A DNA stretch of 64,000 nucleotides from positions 558,001-622,000 of the forward strand of contig OZ251248.1 of the NCBI GenBank assembly GCA_965240325.2, written 5' to 3'. The translations under genes and the position numbers were made by a program. Positions 50,873 through 62,241 of the stretch are shown here, in pieces; within the stretch, counting starts at the first letter, position 1; the number at the start of each line of letters is the position of its first letter. The notes below the pieces were generated by a model, which saw only the letters and a program-made list of their open reading frames with translations, searched no databases and was not told the DNA's origin. This DNA comes from Rebecca billardiae RCC1528 (Eukaryota; Protista; Haptophyta).

Positions 50873-51490
50873 AGCGCGCGGCCCAGCTCATTGCCGATCA
50901 ACCGAGCTGGCGCGTACGACGAATCCGAACAGTGCGTCGTCAATGTGATGCCCGCGCTGCGGACTCGGGACTGCCGCACGGCACCGCACTCGGTCTCGGC
51001 CGCAGCCTGGGCGGTGCCGCCGTCCAACGCACGAGACGCTACACTTCTATGATGAAGACAGCGCGCGCGGCTACAACTATACTACGACCGCTGATGGCAT
51101 CGATCCGCCTAGGTTGCCGGCGTCCGACGGCCGCCGGTACCGGGCCGCCTCACTAGTAGTAGTATTAATATATATATATATATATATATATTGGGATCGT
51201 ACGTTGATCAGACGAGTGGCGCGTGTCCGCAGTGGGAGTGGCCGGCTCGGTGATCCTCGTTGAGGCACTCATTGTGGTCCTGGGCCGCACGTGGCCGCTG
51301 TCCGCGCGACACAGTGATGAACAGGCCTCTGGCTGGCAGGACCGGCAAGCCAGACAGACAGACAGACATGGGCGGGGAGGGCGGGCCAAACAAAGCAGCT
51401 GCTGGTCGTGGCAATGCGCGGCTCGGGCGTGCGGCGGTAGGTGCGCAGCCGAGCGGCTTGCTGAGACGAGTTGGGCATCCTCTGCTGGAG

Positions 51491-51690
51491 NNNNNNNNNN
51501 NNNNNNNNNNNNNNNNNNNNNNNNNNNNNNNNNNNNNNNNNNNNNNNNNNNNNNNNNNNNNNNNNNNNNNNNNNNNNNNNNNNNNNNNNNNNNNNNNNNN
51601 NNNNNNNNNNNNNNNNNNNNNNNNNNNNNNNNNNNNNNNNNNNNNNNNNNNNNNNNNNNNNNNNNNNNNNNNNNNNNNNNNNNNNNNNNN
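51491..51690. other. Assembly gap (200 N)
   Basis: Run of N. Confidence 1.
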
Positions 51691-52261
51691 CACGTGCAGC
51701 GGTGCCGCGACGTGCGCGCGTGGGCCAAGGTCCGGCGGCGGCGCATGCTCGAGCGCTTCAGGTGCGCGGCTGCCTCGCGCGCGCGGCACGGGCGAGCGCA
51801 CACGCCCGCGCCCGCGGCTCACGCCCGCCCCCGCGCGCCCCGTCCCCGCGCGCCGCAGGCCGCGGCTGCTCAAGCTGCTGTGCGGCGGGCAGGGCCTCTC
51901 GGACGCCCACACGCCGATGCCCGTGCAGCTCAACCAGATCGAGCTGGGCGCGGTGCCGCCGGGCGCCGAGGGCGCGGTGGCGTCGGAGGGGGTGGCGGGT
52001 GGTGCCGCGGGCGCGGGCGCGGCCGGCGCGCCCGCGACCGAGCGCGCCGAGCCGGACGCCGCGCAGCCCGCGGGCGCGCCCGCGGCGGCAGTGGCCGAGA
52101 ACGGGCCGGGCGGCGCAGGCGCAGGCGGCGCCGAGACGGCCGAGGGCGCGAGCGTGGGCACTGAGCGGGGCGCAGAGGGTGAGCTGCCCTCGCGCGCTGC
52201 CATGGCGGACACATCGGCGGGGCATCATGCGTTGGAGCAGCCGCTTGACGAGCAGCCGTAG
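51691..52261 (+). CDS. LIN37: LIN37-like, 5'-truncated duplicate copy
   Basis: Matches 43227-43797; starts at the gap. Confidence 0.5.
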
Positions 52262-52728
52262 TAGGCCCAGTCGTCGCGGCGCGGAGCCGCGGCTGAGTGC
52301 CGGACGACTACTACGGGCCCTGAGCACCAATCATTCCAGCAGCATGACGACCCGCACAGTGACACCGCCTGCTCAGCCTCAGCCGCACGGCGCGCCGGCC
52401 ACTAGTGACCGGCGGACCGCGGCATTAAGATTTAATAAGGCCGCAGGGCCGGCGCGCGCCGGCCGGCCGCGTCGGGCCACTTCATTGCGGCGGAAACTTG
52501 CAACCGCGGCCAACCCGACTGACGGCGCGCGGGCACGGATCCGGGATCGGCGCGCAGCCCGCGGACGAGCCGCCGACCGGCCAGCACATGCCAATCGGGG
52601 GTAGTAGGGAGAGGTTCCGCTGTGGCGTATGGCCCGCTTGGGTGACTTCCGCTCGGTTCGATCAGAATGGCACCAGTCGTCGCCACTTGCAGGCTGCTGT
52701 GCAACCGAATCAGTAGTAGTAGCAGCCT

Positions 52729-55609
52729 TCATTGATGCTTGTGGGTGGACCGAAGCCGGAGCCCTGGAGCGCGCTCAAGCCAAGCCCTGCGGATGTCATC
52801 TTGGGCGGAGGTGGTGAAGGCATTGCCACTATGCACGACGGGGCAGACCGCACGGGCGGACAGGGCCGCCGCGTGACACTGTGAGACTGAGGCAGAGGCG
52901 CGGTCGCTCGGCTCGGCTGTTGGCGCAACGCACGGCAGCGAGCTGGTGCACACACCTGAGGTCGAGCTCCTCAAGACCTTCGTTGTGGCGCAGCATGTCA
53001 ACAATCTCTGGGGCGATCTCGTCAGTGAGCAAATTCCGCCTGCAGGCAGGATGAGGAGAGGGAGGCATGTTTGCAGCCACACACACATCAGCGCTGAGCA
53101 CGGGTGGTCGGGGAGCAGGGCGCGCCGCGTGTGCGGCGCAGCGCGCGCTCACGAGAGATCGAGCACCCTCAGGCTGCAGCCCCCACCAGTCGCCACATTG
53201 AAGGCGGCGACGGCGTCATCGTACATCTTAGGATACACCCTGCAACGCGGGCGATCGAGCGGTGGGGGCACGTCGTGAGGAGTGCGCGATGAGCATGCAT
53301 CCATCACTCCCCTCTGCAGCACCGTGCGACGCGGTGCTGCACGCACTCATTCGCGAGGGGAGTCTCGTAGACTGCCTCGCCCAAGTTGGACCCGTAGGAT
53401 GCGGCGTTGTTGACGGCCCTGCAAGCGAGGCGGCGAGGCACGTGAGTCAAGTGCTGCCAGCGCGTGCCGCCCCATCACGGCCCAGCGCACGCGCAGCTGT
53501 ACACATCACGGGCAGCGCGTGCGTGCGCGCACTCGTTCATGACTTGCTCTATGCCGTCCGCCGAACGCTCCCACGCACGCACCAGCTTGAGGTCGACTTC
53601 GTAGGCGCCGAAAGCGATGTCGATTGGGGCTTCAGCCTCGTACACGGGGTCAACGAAGCGTGAGCCGCCCGGCATGTCGGTATGCGTGAGGCCGTACAGG
53701 TCAGTGGAACCGGTCAGCACGTCCTTGGCATCCTTGCCCAGATCAGAGAGGGCGTAGCCAACGGCTGCTGTCTCATCGATGACCAGGGTGTCGAGCGCCT
53801 CCGATTCGTACAGGCTCTGGCCCACGAGCTTGGCTGCCTCCGCGACGGCCGAAATCTCCCGCCCGGCGAATGTCAGCAAGGGGCTCTCGCCTGCGTCCTG
53901 GTCCCCAACCAGGTCCATCTCCACGTACTCGCCCGCATGAGCAAGGTAACCGCCAGCGTCGTGAACTGCCTTCTTGAGATCATCGCGAAGCGGGACATAA
54001 TTGCTGACGTCCGATCCGAGGCGAGCAGCTCCAGCAGACAAGAGGTCGGCCTCCTCCGTCAATGTCGTGACCAGCGGCTGCTGCTTGGCCCAGATGTCAC
54101 CTGCATGCACAAAGTCGTTACCAGCTCTGCGATGGGGGGAGGCGAGGGCGACGAGCAGTGCGGTACATGCGCTCAATCAGCAAGCTGGACGATAGCCCGC
54201 GCAAGAGGGACGCACGGAGCGCGTGGCGCAAGCCGGTGCGCTGCGCTCACTTCTGCCCAAACTGCGCCACATGAGCCGTACCGAGGTCTTTGCCTACCTG
54301 CTTCTGGGCGTAGCTGGCCGTGTAGTAAAGCCTGTGCGGGGGAGACATTGTGTTAAGCAAGCTGGAGGGCATGCACGCAGATGGCAGTCGGCATCGCACA
54401 TTGCACGCACAGTTCAGTCACACCAGAGTCCCCAACCTCGCTCAGCGCAGCTTCCATCTTGCCCACCGGCTTCATCAAATGGGAGCCAAGCTCGTCAGCG
54501 CCTGAAGATGCTGAGAGGGAGTCGGCCAGCTTGGACGCGGCTGGGAGGCCGTTGTAGGCAATGTCGGCGACAGCTGCCCCTGGGCTCACGCCGATGACTT
54601 CGTGAGTGAGCTCGGCGACGTCGCCGATGGCATACATGAGCGCAGCCGCCTCATCGGTCACGAAGGTCTGCACGTCCTCAGATGAGTGCATCTCATCTCC
54701 GAGGACAGAGATGCCATCCAGCACAGCCGATGCCTCATCCGACACAAACTTGAGCAGCGCGCCGTGGGGGCTGCCTTTGCCCAGATCGTCGTTGATGGGA
54801 TCGGGCATGCCAGAAGCTGCAAGCCCGACTGTCGAGATCTCAGAGCCCACCGCATCCAGTGCATCTTCATCGTGAGAGAGGAGCTTGCCGACGTTTTGCA
54901 TACTGTCAGCCACCACCTGTGCCTCAGCGTCCACCAGCTCGAGCACAGAGCCCGGGTCGCGAATGGCAGCGAGGAAACGGCGAGCGCTGGCATCGGTCAA
55001 GCCACAGCCAGCCATCTTGAACGTGTCGATGTCTTGATTATCCACGAGGAACGGGGCGAGCTGACGCGCTGCACGCAGGCTGACAAAGTTGTCAGAGATG
55101 TCCACATCTGTCTTGCCCTCCATGTACCAGCTGACTGCCTGGAACTCCCTGTAGTTGAGGTCCTGCCCGGGCAAGCTAATCGTGTTGCCCTCACTCAGCA
55201 GGTCGTAGAAGCCCGAGCGTGTATCAGGCGGATAAGGTGGGGCCGGTGGGATAGCCGGCGGGGGAGGCGGGGATGGCGGACGGGTGTGTGGCGGTGGCGG
55301 AGTTGACTCGCCACGCTGTCCAAGGGGTGGAGGCGGAGGGAACTGGCGATCCTGTCCCGACGGCGGAGGCGGCTGATACACCCACCATGGTGACGACGAC
55401 GAGCTGGCCTTCTCGAGACGACCCGCGTGGGCTGGCTGCGGGCGCCCAAGCGCTCCTTCCTCAGCAGGCGTGGCAGGCTGCGCGCTTGCCGAGGGGTGAG
55501 GAGTCACACCGCTGTTGAGGCGCTCGACGGCGAAGAGAAGCGCGGCCACGGCTAGCAGCGACACGCCCGTAACGGTGGCACCCGCCACGACGCGCTTGGT
55601 GAGTGGCAT
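52729..55609 (-). CDS. LRR protein, duplicate copy
   Basis: Matches 44265-47145. Confidence 0.65.
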
Positions 55610-57036
55610 GACCGCCCGACGGCCGCCCCGGCCCCCGATGGCGGAAAATGATCGGCAAAGCTCTCGAGCGAAAATTCAAAATTATTGGCCGGCCGGATGG
55701 TCGTTCTTGCGTATCATAGTTGCAACAAGGGAGATATTAAAAAATACGTAGCCGTATGGGGGTACACTCATTCTATGATTTAACGACACAGGTCTAGTAA
55801 ACGTTTACGGCTATCTCCCTTGCTTGCAACCCCACCAAGGGAATGACGCGCACCGGACTGTCTGTGCGGTCCCTCAGCCGAAAGCCCACGTCCGGCCTGC
55901 ATGGCGTCGACGGTGACCAATGCGACGGAAGCGCAGCGCCAACGGCGTACGACGCGCAGCGGACGCACCTCCCGGGTCTGTCGCCGTGGCAGCAACCGCG
56001 TCTTCGTGAGTTGGCGACCCTCCCCACGACACAGACAAGCCCGTGATGCCATCCGCAGAGAGATGAATCGTCGAGCATGCAACATTGACGCGCCATCCTC
56101 GTCCATGGCGCAGGCGCTGCGGGACGAGGCGGACGTCGTCACGCCGGTGACGGATGCGCTGCGAGTCGTGTGCTCGCGTGAGCAGCTCGTGCCCACTCTC
56201 GATCGCGAGTGGCACACGCTGTCGCTGTGCGCGCGCGCTCGCACAACCAACAGCTCCTCGTGCCGCCAAACACGCGGGCGCCAGACCTGTCGAAGAGGCG
56301 AAGAGCGACGACCGCGTGAACGTCAACGCGCTCGTGCTCAGCCTGGCGGCCATGTACGATGCCAACGCGACCTGCGCCGAGCCCATCATGCTCGGAGCGG
56401 ACATCGGCAAGCATCCTCGCGACGACCGCTCTCGGCTGGCGGCAGGAGGACATGCACACGATCTACTCTGGCGGCTTCGTCGGTGGCGAGGCGCTCGATT
56501 ACGCCATCGCGGTCGATATGCGGCACATACAGCGCGTACCCGCGCTCGCGCGGAGCAACGGGCTACCCGCCCCGCCCCGCGTGCTGCACATTATTCCCTC
56601 GTGCCGGGTGTGGCCCTCGCTGATGCGCACGGACGCATACCGCACCGTGTGGGAGAACTTCACAGGTGTCACTGGTCCGACTGTCCGTCACCCGGCCATC
56701 AAGAGCGAATGCTGTGGAAAGACGACGCGAACCCGCAGAGGAAACATTGCGACAGCACTGGCACGGCCCGCCGACCCCCCCGCCCGCCAGGGCACAGCAG
56801 TAGTCGTTTAATATAATTATTACGACTACTTAATATTATATTGAAATTGCCGCGTAAACGACAATCAATTATATTATCATCATCATCGTGATCGTCATCA
56901 CACGGTCCTGTGCGACGTGACGACTAGACTCTGCCCGGCCGATGCGCCGGGCGCGCCGATCACGATGGGTCCTGCGTCGGGCGGCGTGGCGGCCGCTCGC
57001 AAGACCATCCCGCGCAGTCGTCACGCGACGACTCGG

Positions 57037-58614
57037 TCATGCGATCGTGACCTTGCGCACGAGGTCGAGGCCGCGCTGCAGCTTGTCGAGCAGCTTGTTC
57101 ATCGCGCGGTTCTCGGCGTGCACCTTCTTGAGCCGCTTGATCACGTTCTGCACGCCCGCCTCGACCGCCGCGTCCTTGGCCGCGTCGCCCTCCTTGGCGA
57201 GCCACATCAGGATGGGGACGGCGAGCTCGACGATGCGCACCGAGTCCTCGTGCGCCTGCATGGCGCGCACCGCCACCTTCACCACGCCCGCCTCGACGAC
57301 GGTGGCCTCGAGCGGGCCGGTGGCGATGGCGTAGAGGGCGAGCAGCCCCCACTCCTGCACCGCGATGTTCGCGCGGTGCGCGTTGAGCGCGTTCACCAGC
57401 GCGGCGAGCGCGCCGCCCTCGACCGCGGCCATCCGCGCCGCGTTGCCGCCGAGCAGGATCGCGTGCATGGCGGCGCAGCCCCACGCCTGCACGGCCGCGT
57501 CCTTGGCGTGCGTCTCCATGCCGAGGGCGAGGACACCGAGCACGTTGGACTCGGCGGCGGCCTGCCGCCGCGACTTGGAGTCGCGCGTGAGCTTCATCAG
57601 CGCCGCCGCGCCCTGCTCCTGCACGCGCACGTCGGCGGTGTGCGCGCGCATGCACCGCTCGACCGTCTGCACGGTCGCGATGCCGATCGTCGCGTTCACC
57701 TCCGGCTCCGTCGACTGCGCGAGCGAGCCGAGGGCGCGCACGGCGTGCGCGGCGAGGAGCGGGGAGCCCTCGTGCGCCTCGCGCGCGGCGAGCAGCGCCG
57801 CCAGCCCGCCCTCGCCCACCACCGCGCGCCGCGCGTCGTCCGGCCCCGCGCACAGGTTGGCGAGCGCCGCGCCGGCCGCGCAGCACGCACTCGGGCTGTG
57901 CCCGTGCGCCTCGAGGGTGCGCACGAGGACGGGCACGGCGCGCGCGTCGACGGCGGCGAGGCGGTGCGCCTCGGAGGGCGCGACGACGGCGGCGAGGGCC
58001 GTGCACGCCTCCTCCTGCACGCGCACGTCCACCATGTGCGCGTCCATCAGCGCGACGATCATCTCGAGCGTGCGCGGCTGCGCGACGCGCGCCGCCGCCT
58101 GCTCGGACGCGCTCACGAGCGTGTGCAGCACGCGGCAGCCGAACTCCTGCACGCTCGGGCTCGAGGCGTGCGCCTTCATCGCGTCGAGGCAGCCCGCGAG
58201 CGCCCCCGCGTCCGCCGCCTCGCGCTCGCGCCGCCCGCCCAGCAGCGCGTCCAGCGTCGCGAGGCACACCTCCTGCACCTCCCAGTTCGAGTCGTGCATC
58301 TCCATCGCGCGCGTGACGGCGTGCAGCGCGCCCGCGTCGGCGGCGGCCTGCTTCCGCGTGTTCGAGTTGGTGGTGAGCGCGGTGAGCGCCTCCGACGCCA
58401 GCATCTGCGCGCGCGCGTCGTCCTGGTGCGCCACCATCGCCGCGGTCACCGCGCCGATCGCGCCGGCGATGAGCGCGTGCTGTCGCGCGTCCTCGGCCGT
58501 GCCGCGCTGCGCGATGCTCTGCAGCGCGCGGCACGTGGCGTGCACGTCGTGGGGCGCGTCGAGCGCCGCGACGAGCTCCGACCAGCCCGCCGCCGCACTC
58601 GCGCTCGCGCTCAT
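57037..58614 (-). CDS. Armadillo-repeat protein, duplicate copy
   Basis: Matches 48573-50150. Confidence 0.8.
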   Translation of the reverse strand: MSASASAAAGWSELVAALDAPHDVHATCRALQSIAQRGTAEDARQHALIAGAIGAVTAAMVAHQDDARAQMLASEALTALTTNSNTRKQAAADAGALHAVTRAMEMHDSNWEVQEVCLATLDALLGGRREREAADAGALAGCLDAMKAHASSPSVQEFGCRVLHTLVSASEQAAARVAQPRTLEMIVALMDAHMVDVRVQEEACTALAAVVAPSEAHRLAAVDARAVPVLVRTLEAHGHSPSACCAAGAALANLCAGPDDARRAVVGEGGLAALLAAREAHEGSPLLAAHAVRALGSLAQSTEPEVNATIGIATVQTVERCMRAHTADVRVQEQGAAALMKLTRDSKSRRQAAAESNVLGVLALGMETHAKDAAVQAWGCAAMHAILLGGNAARMAAVEGGALAALVNALNAHRANIAVQEWGLLALYAIATGPLEATVVEAGVVKVAVRAMQAHEDSVRIVELAVPILMWLAKEGDAAKDAAVEAGVQNVIKRLKKVHAENRAMNKLLDKLQRGLDLVRKVTIA

Positions 58615-58862
58615 CGTGCGGGCTGCGCGCGCGGCCGCGTCGCAGCCTGCCGCGGGCGCGGCCGGGGTGATGTGCAAAGCAAGCAGCGCGTGTTTGCTGG
58701 TTTGATGGGTGCACATGTAACGATCAGAAGGCCCGTCGACCGAGTCTGCACCGACGTTACAAAAAGGCCCGAAAATAAACCCGTCTCGCAGGTCCGGGCC
58801 GGCAATCAACGGACGTTGAAAAAAAGGACCGAGCTGACGGCCGTACGCACGCCGACCTTATC

Positions 58863-59336
58863 ATGCAGTTCACCCACGCCCTCCTCGCGCTCGTGTGCAT
58901 CGGCGGTGTGACGACGGTCATCGCCGCCGCAAGCCCGTCGGCCCGAGCCGCTGCCGCACGAGCCACTCGCCTCCCACGCTGCGCCATGTGCGCCGCCGCT
59001 GCACCGATGCCCACGCTGCCCGCAGACGTGGTCAAGTACTCGCAGGTGCCCAAGGACGGGGCCTTCACGAAGGAGCGCATCCCGTCGGGGCTGCTCAAGG
59101 AGCATTCGACCAAGAAGGGCACGTGGGGCCGCATCCAGGTCTCGAGCGGCGAGCTCCGCTACCAGATCAACGAGGGCGCGCACAAGGGCGTGCACGTGCT
59201 GCGCGCGCCCGCGGTCGGCATCATCGAGCCCGCCGTCCACCACGAGGTCAAGCCGCTCACCGACGACCTCAAGTTCGTCGTCGAGTTCTTGCGCGTACCG
59301 GGCACAGGGCCGGTCGATGAGAAGCGCGAACCGTAG
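58863..59336 (+). CDS. DUF1971 cupin, duplicate copy
   Basis: Matches 50399-50872. Confidence 0.75.
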   Translation: MQFTHALLALVCIGGVTTVIAAASPSARAAAARATRLPRCAMCAAAAPMPTLPADVVKYSQVPKDGAFTKERIPSGLLKEHSTKKGTWGRIQVSSGELRYQINEGAHKGVHVLRAPAVGIIEPAVHHEVKPLTDDLKFVVEFLRVPGTGPVDEKREP

Positions 59337-60260
59337 AGCGCGCGGCCCAGCTCATTGCCGATCAACCGAGCTGGCGCGTACGACGAATCCGAACAGTGCG
59401 TCGTCAATGTGATGCCCGCGCTGCGGACTCGGGACTGCCGCACGGCACCGCACTCGGTCTCGGCCGCAGCCTGGGCGGTGCCGCCGTCCAACGCACGAGA
59501 CGCTACACTTCTATGATGAAGACAGCGCGCGCGGCTACAACTATACTACGACCGCTGATGGCATCGATCCGCCTAGGTTGCCGGCGTCCGACGGCCGCCG
59601 GTACCGGGCCGCCTCACTAGTAGTAGTATTAATATATATATATATATATATATATTGGGATCGTACGTTGATCAGACGAGTGGCGCGTGTCCGCAGTGGG
59701 AGTGGCCGGCTCGGTGATCCTCGTTGAGGCACTCATTGTGGTCCTGGGCCGCACGTGGCCGCTGTCCGCGCGACACAGTGATGAACAGGCCTCTGGCTGG
59801 CAGGACCGGCAAGCCAGACAGACAGACAGACATGGGCGGGGAGGGCGGGCCAAACAAAGCAGCTGCTGGTCGTGGCAATGCGCGGCTCGGGCGTGCGGCG
59901 GTAGGTGCGCAGCCGAGCGGCTTGCTGAGACGAGTTGGGCATCCTCTGCTGGAGGTCGAGGCGAGAGGTGTCTGGCGCGCAGCTGTTGTGCGCTCAGCGC
60001 TGCCGAGTCCTACCTCGCGCGGATCGAGGACGGAGGAGCGAGGTGCGCGCCGATGATGCCCGCCGAATGCCCTTTGGGGCTCCGAGGGAGGCGACAAGAG
60101 CCTCAGAGCAGCTCGCCTTGCGAAGAAGTGGAATGGCTCGGAAGCGCGCCCGAGAAGCCATCTCACTCCAGGTGATGGCAGCAGCCAGCCGTGTACCCGT
60201 AGATTGTATAGAAGGTTCATGACGAATTCTGCGAGCTGGGTGCAACAGAGTGACGAGAGC

Positions 60261-61980
60261 CGTAGGGGGGCCAAACCGCCCATTTAAAAATGAAAAGCAA
60301 AGTCGCGTCGCATTTTCGCTCCGCCCTCGGCCTTTTAGGGTGGCGCGGAGCCTTTTTCTCGGACCCCGCTCGAAAATCGAGCTTCACGCCTTCGGACGCT
60401 CAGAGCTCGGTTCCGCTCCAGCGCGAGCGGCCGGAGGCAGTGGACCGCCGCGCGCTCGCGACCTTTGAGACGCCGAGATGGTCTCGGGTGCGCGCGCGCG
60501 TGACGCTGGTGGGCGCTACTGACCCGTGCCTTTGCGCCACCAGCGGCTCACCACCCGCTTCTTGGCCATCTCGCGCCGTGCGCGGCGCGCGTCGGCCGGC
60601 TTGAATTGGCGCGCTGCGTGCGCCCGTCACGCTACCGCACGGTGTGGCTCATGATCAACTCGCACAGTTGAGATCGATGCTCGCACCAAGTGCCCATGTA
60701 TGTATGTGGATGCCCAGCTCGCCTAACCTGCCCTGCTGCGCCGGAATCGCCGTCAGCAGACCGGCGCGAGCTCGCGCGCAACACCTCCGCGGAGCTCGCA
60801 ACTGTCATGTTCCGCTTGTAGGGCCCGTGTTTGCACCTGCCGTGGCACTTGCGATGGTCAGTACGTTGGGTATGGGTCACGTGTGCCCTCTGATGGCGTC
60901 TGGGCGCCTCCCGTTCGCCTCTCAGGACGTCGCGGACGTGCTCGCAGGCAGCGGTTGGCTCATTCGACAGGTCCGACGTGCACTCGACCGTGCCTGCAAG
61001 CGCGCCCCTGTGACGCTCATGCCTGCAGAAGCAGATGCAGATGGGCCCTCATGCACCCTGGTGCGCCCAAGACCGGCGGGAGCGTCAGAGACCGTCTCAA
61101 TCTTGACACCTTGCACACGCCGGCGCTTGCCGTTGGGCTCCGCGCAGCCAGCCAGGAGCGCCGAACAGCGCCGGATCAGCCTCTGTAGGCCGAATATCCG
61201 CCCCTAAGCCCAGAAATAGCGCGGAACAGGGTAGTGCGTACCTATATGGACCAATCCCATCCAGCCTGGTTTGGTGCAGACACGCCAGCCACCGCCTGGA
61301 GCAGACGTTTGCTGCCGAATCGCATGCTCGGCACTGTGCCGCACTGCGACGACGACAGATTTGACCTGCCTCGTAGGTCTCGGCCAGGGAGCGGTGACGG
61401 TTGGCTCGAGTCACTTTAAACCTTGACTATGACCGAGAGCACTCCCGGGCTAAGGACGTGGGGCCGGTGCTTTGGGTCTACTATGTCTGCAATACGCCGT
61501 ACGCGTGGCCGTATACACAGTCTGAAAACGTATCTCGCAGCTCGAGATCAGACGAGGCTGTATTCATCAGCATGGCGCCTATATACACAGTGGGTATGTA
61601 ACGATCGGTGGCTTCTAGTAAACTACATATTTGACAGCCTGCCAGTACACAGCCTATATCGCATGTTGGGACCTGCTGCTGCTGGGGACTCAGAACGATC
61701 TCGCTGAGATGCTCTATCAAAGTGAGGTCGACATGGTCTATATGTCACATATAGGACGACCGTTACATACCGTTTCCAATACGTTCAGGCTCATTCTAAT
61801 AAGTAAATATGCTAGCCGTTACGCCCTATATTCAGGGTATGTGCACCTGATTTTTTTACATGGCCGGCCCAGACCCCTCCAGAGGGCAAATGATCCAGCC
61901 CGAAATCAGCTCTAAACACTCGCTAGGACCCGAGCTCGTGGCCGTCAGTAACGCTACAGTGCCACTTTGGCCCCCCTACG
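60261..61980. mobile_element. Non-autonomous short-TIR DNA transposon, hAT-like, 1.72 kb
   Basis: Perfect 15-bp TIRs CGTAGGGGGGCCAAA (60261-60275) and TTTGGCCCCCCTACG (61966-61980); similar flanks GAGAGCC / GAGAGGCC (overlapping the outer TIR bases); lower-GC interior with no long ORF. Confidence 0.65.
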
Positions 61981-62241
61981 AGAGGCCACACGGCGAGCCC
62001 CGCCGTCACGCAGCCCGTACACACTCAGTTATTGTACCAATAACACCACATATAAGTATTAATACTTTATTAAGTAATTGGGCATTGGCGTGCTGACGAT
62101 CGCGATGTCAATGGCGGACGATATGACCGCGGCGGGCGGTCGGCGTCGCCGCATCGGTCCGACGACCGTCCCACGATCCGTGGAGCTCCGCGGCGACGTC
62201 GAGCCAGAAGGACGACGCGACGTGTCGGAAGGACGGCGTGC

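Larger units (their letters stand above)
51691..59954 (+). repeat. 8,264-bp direct copy of 43227-51490
   Basis: All ORFs recur with identical translations at a constant offset of 8,464. Confidence 0.95.

Noticed and set aside
51691-59954. Genuine tandem amplification of the LRR/ARM/DUF1971 cassette
   Set aside because: Apparent identity and boundaries coinciding with the gap favour an assembly artefact.
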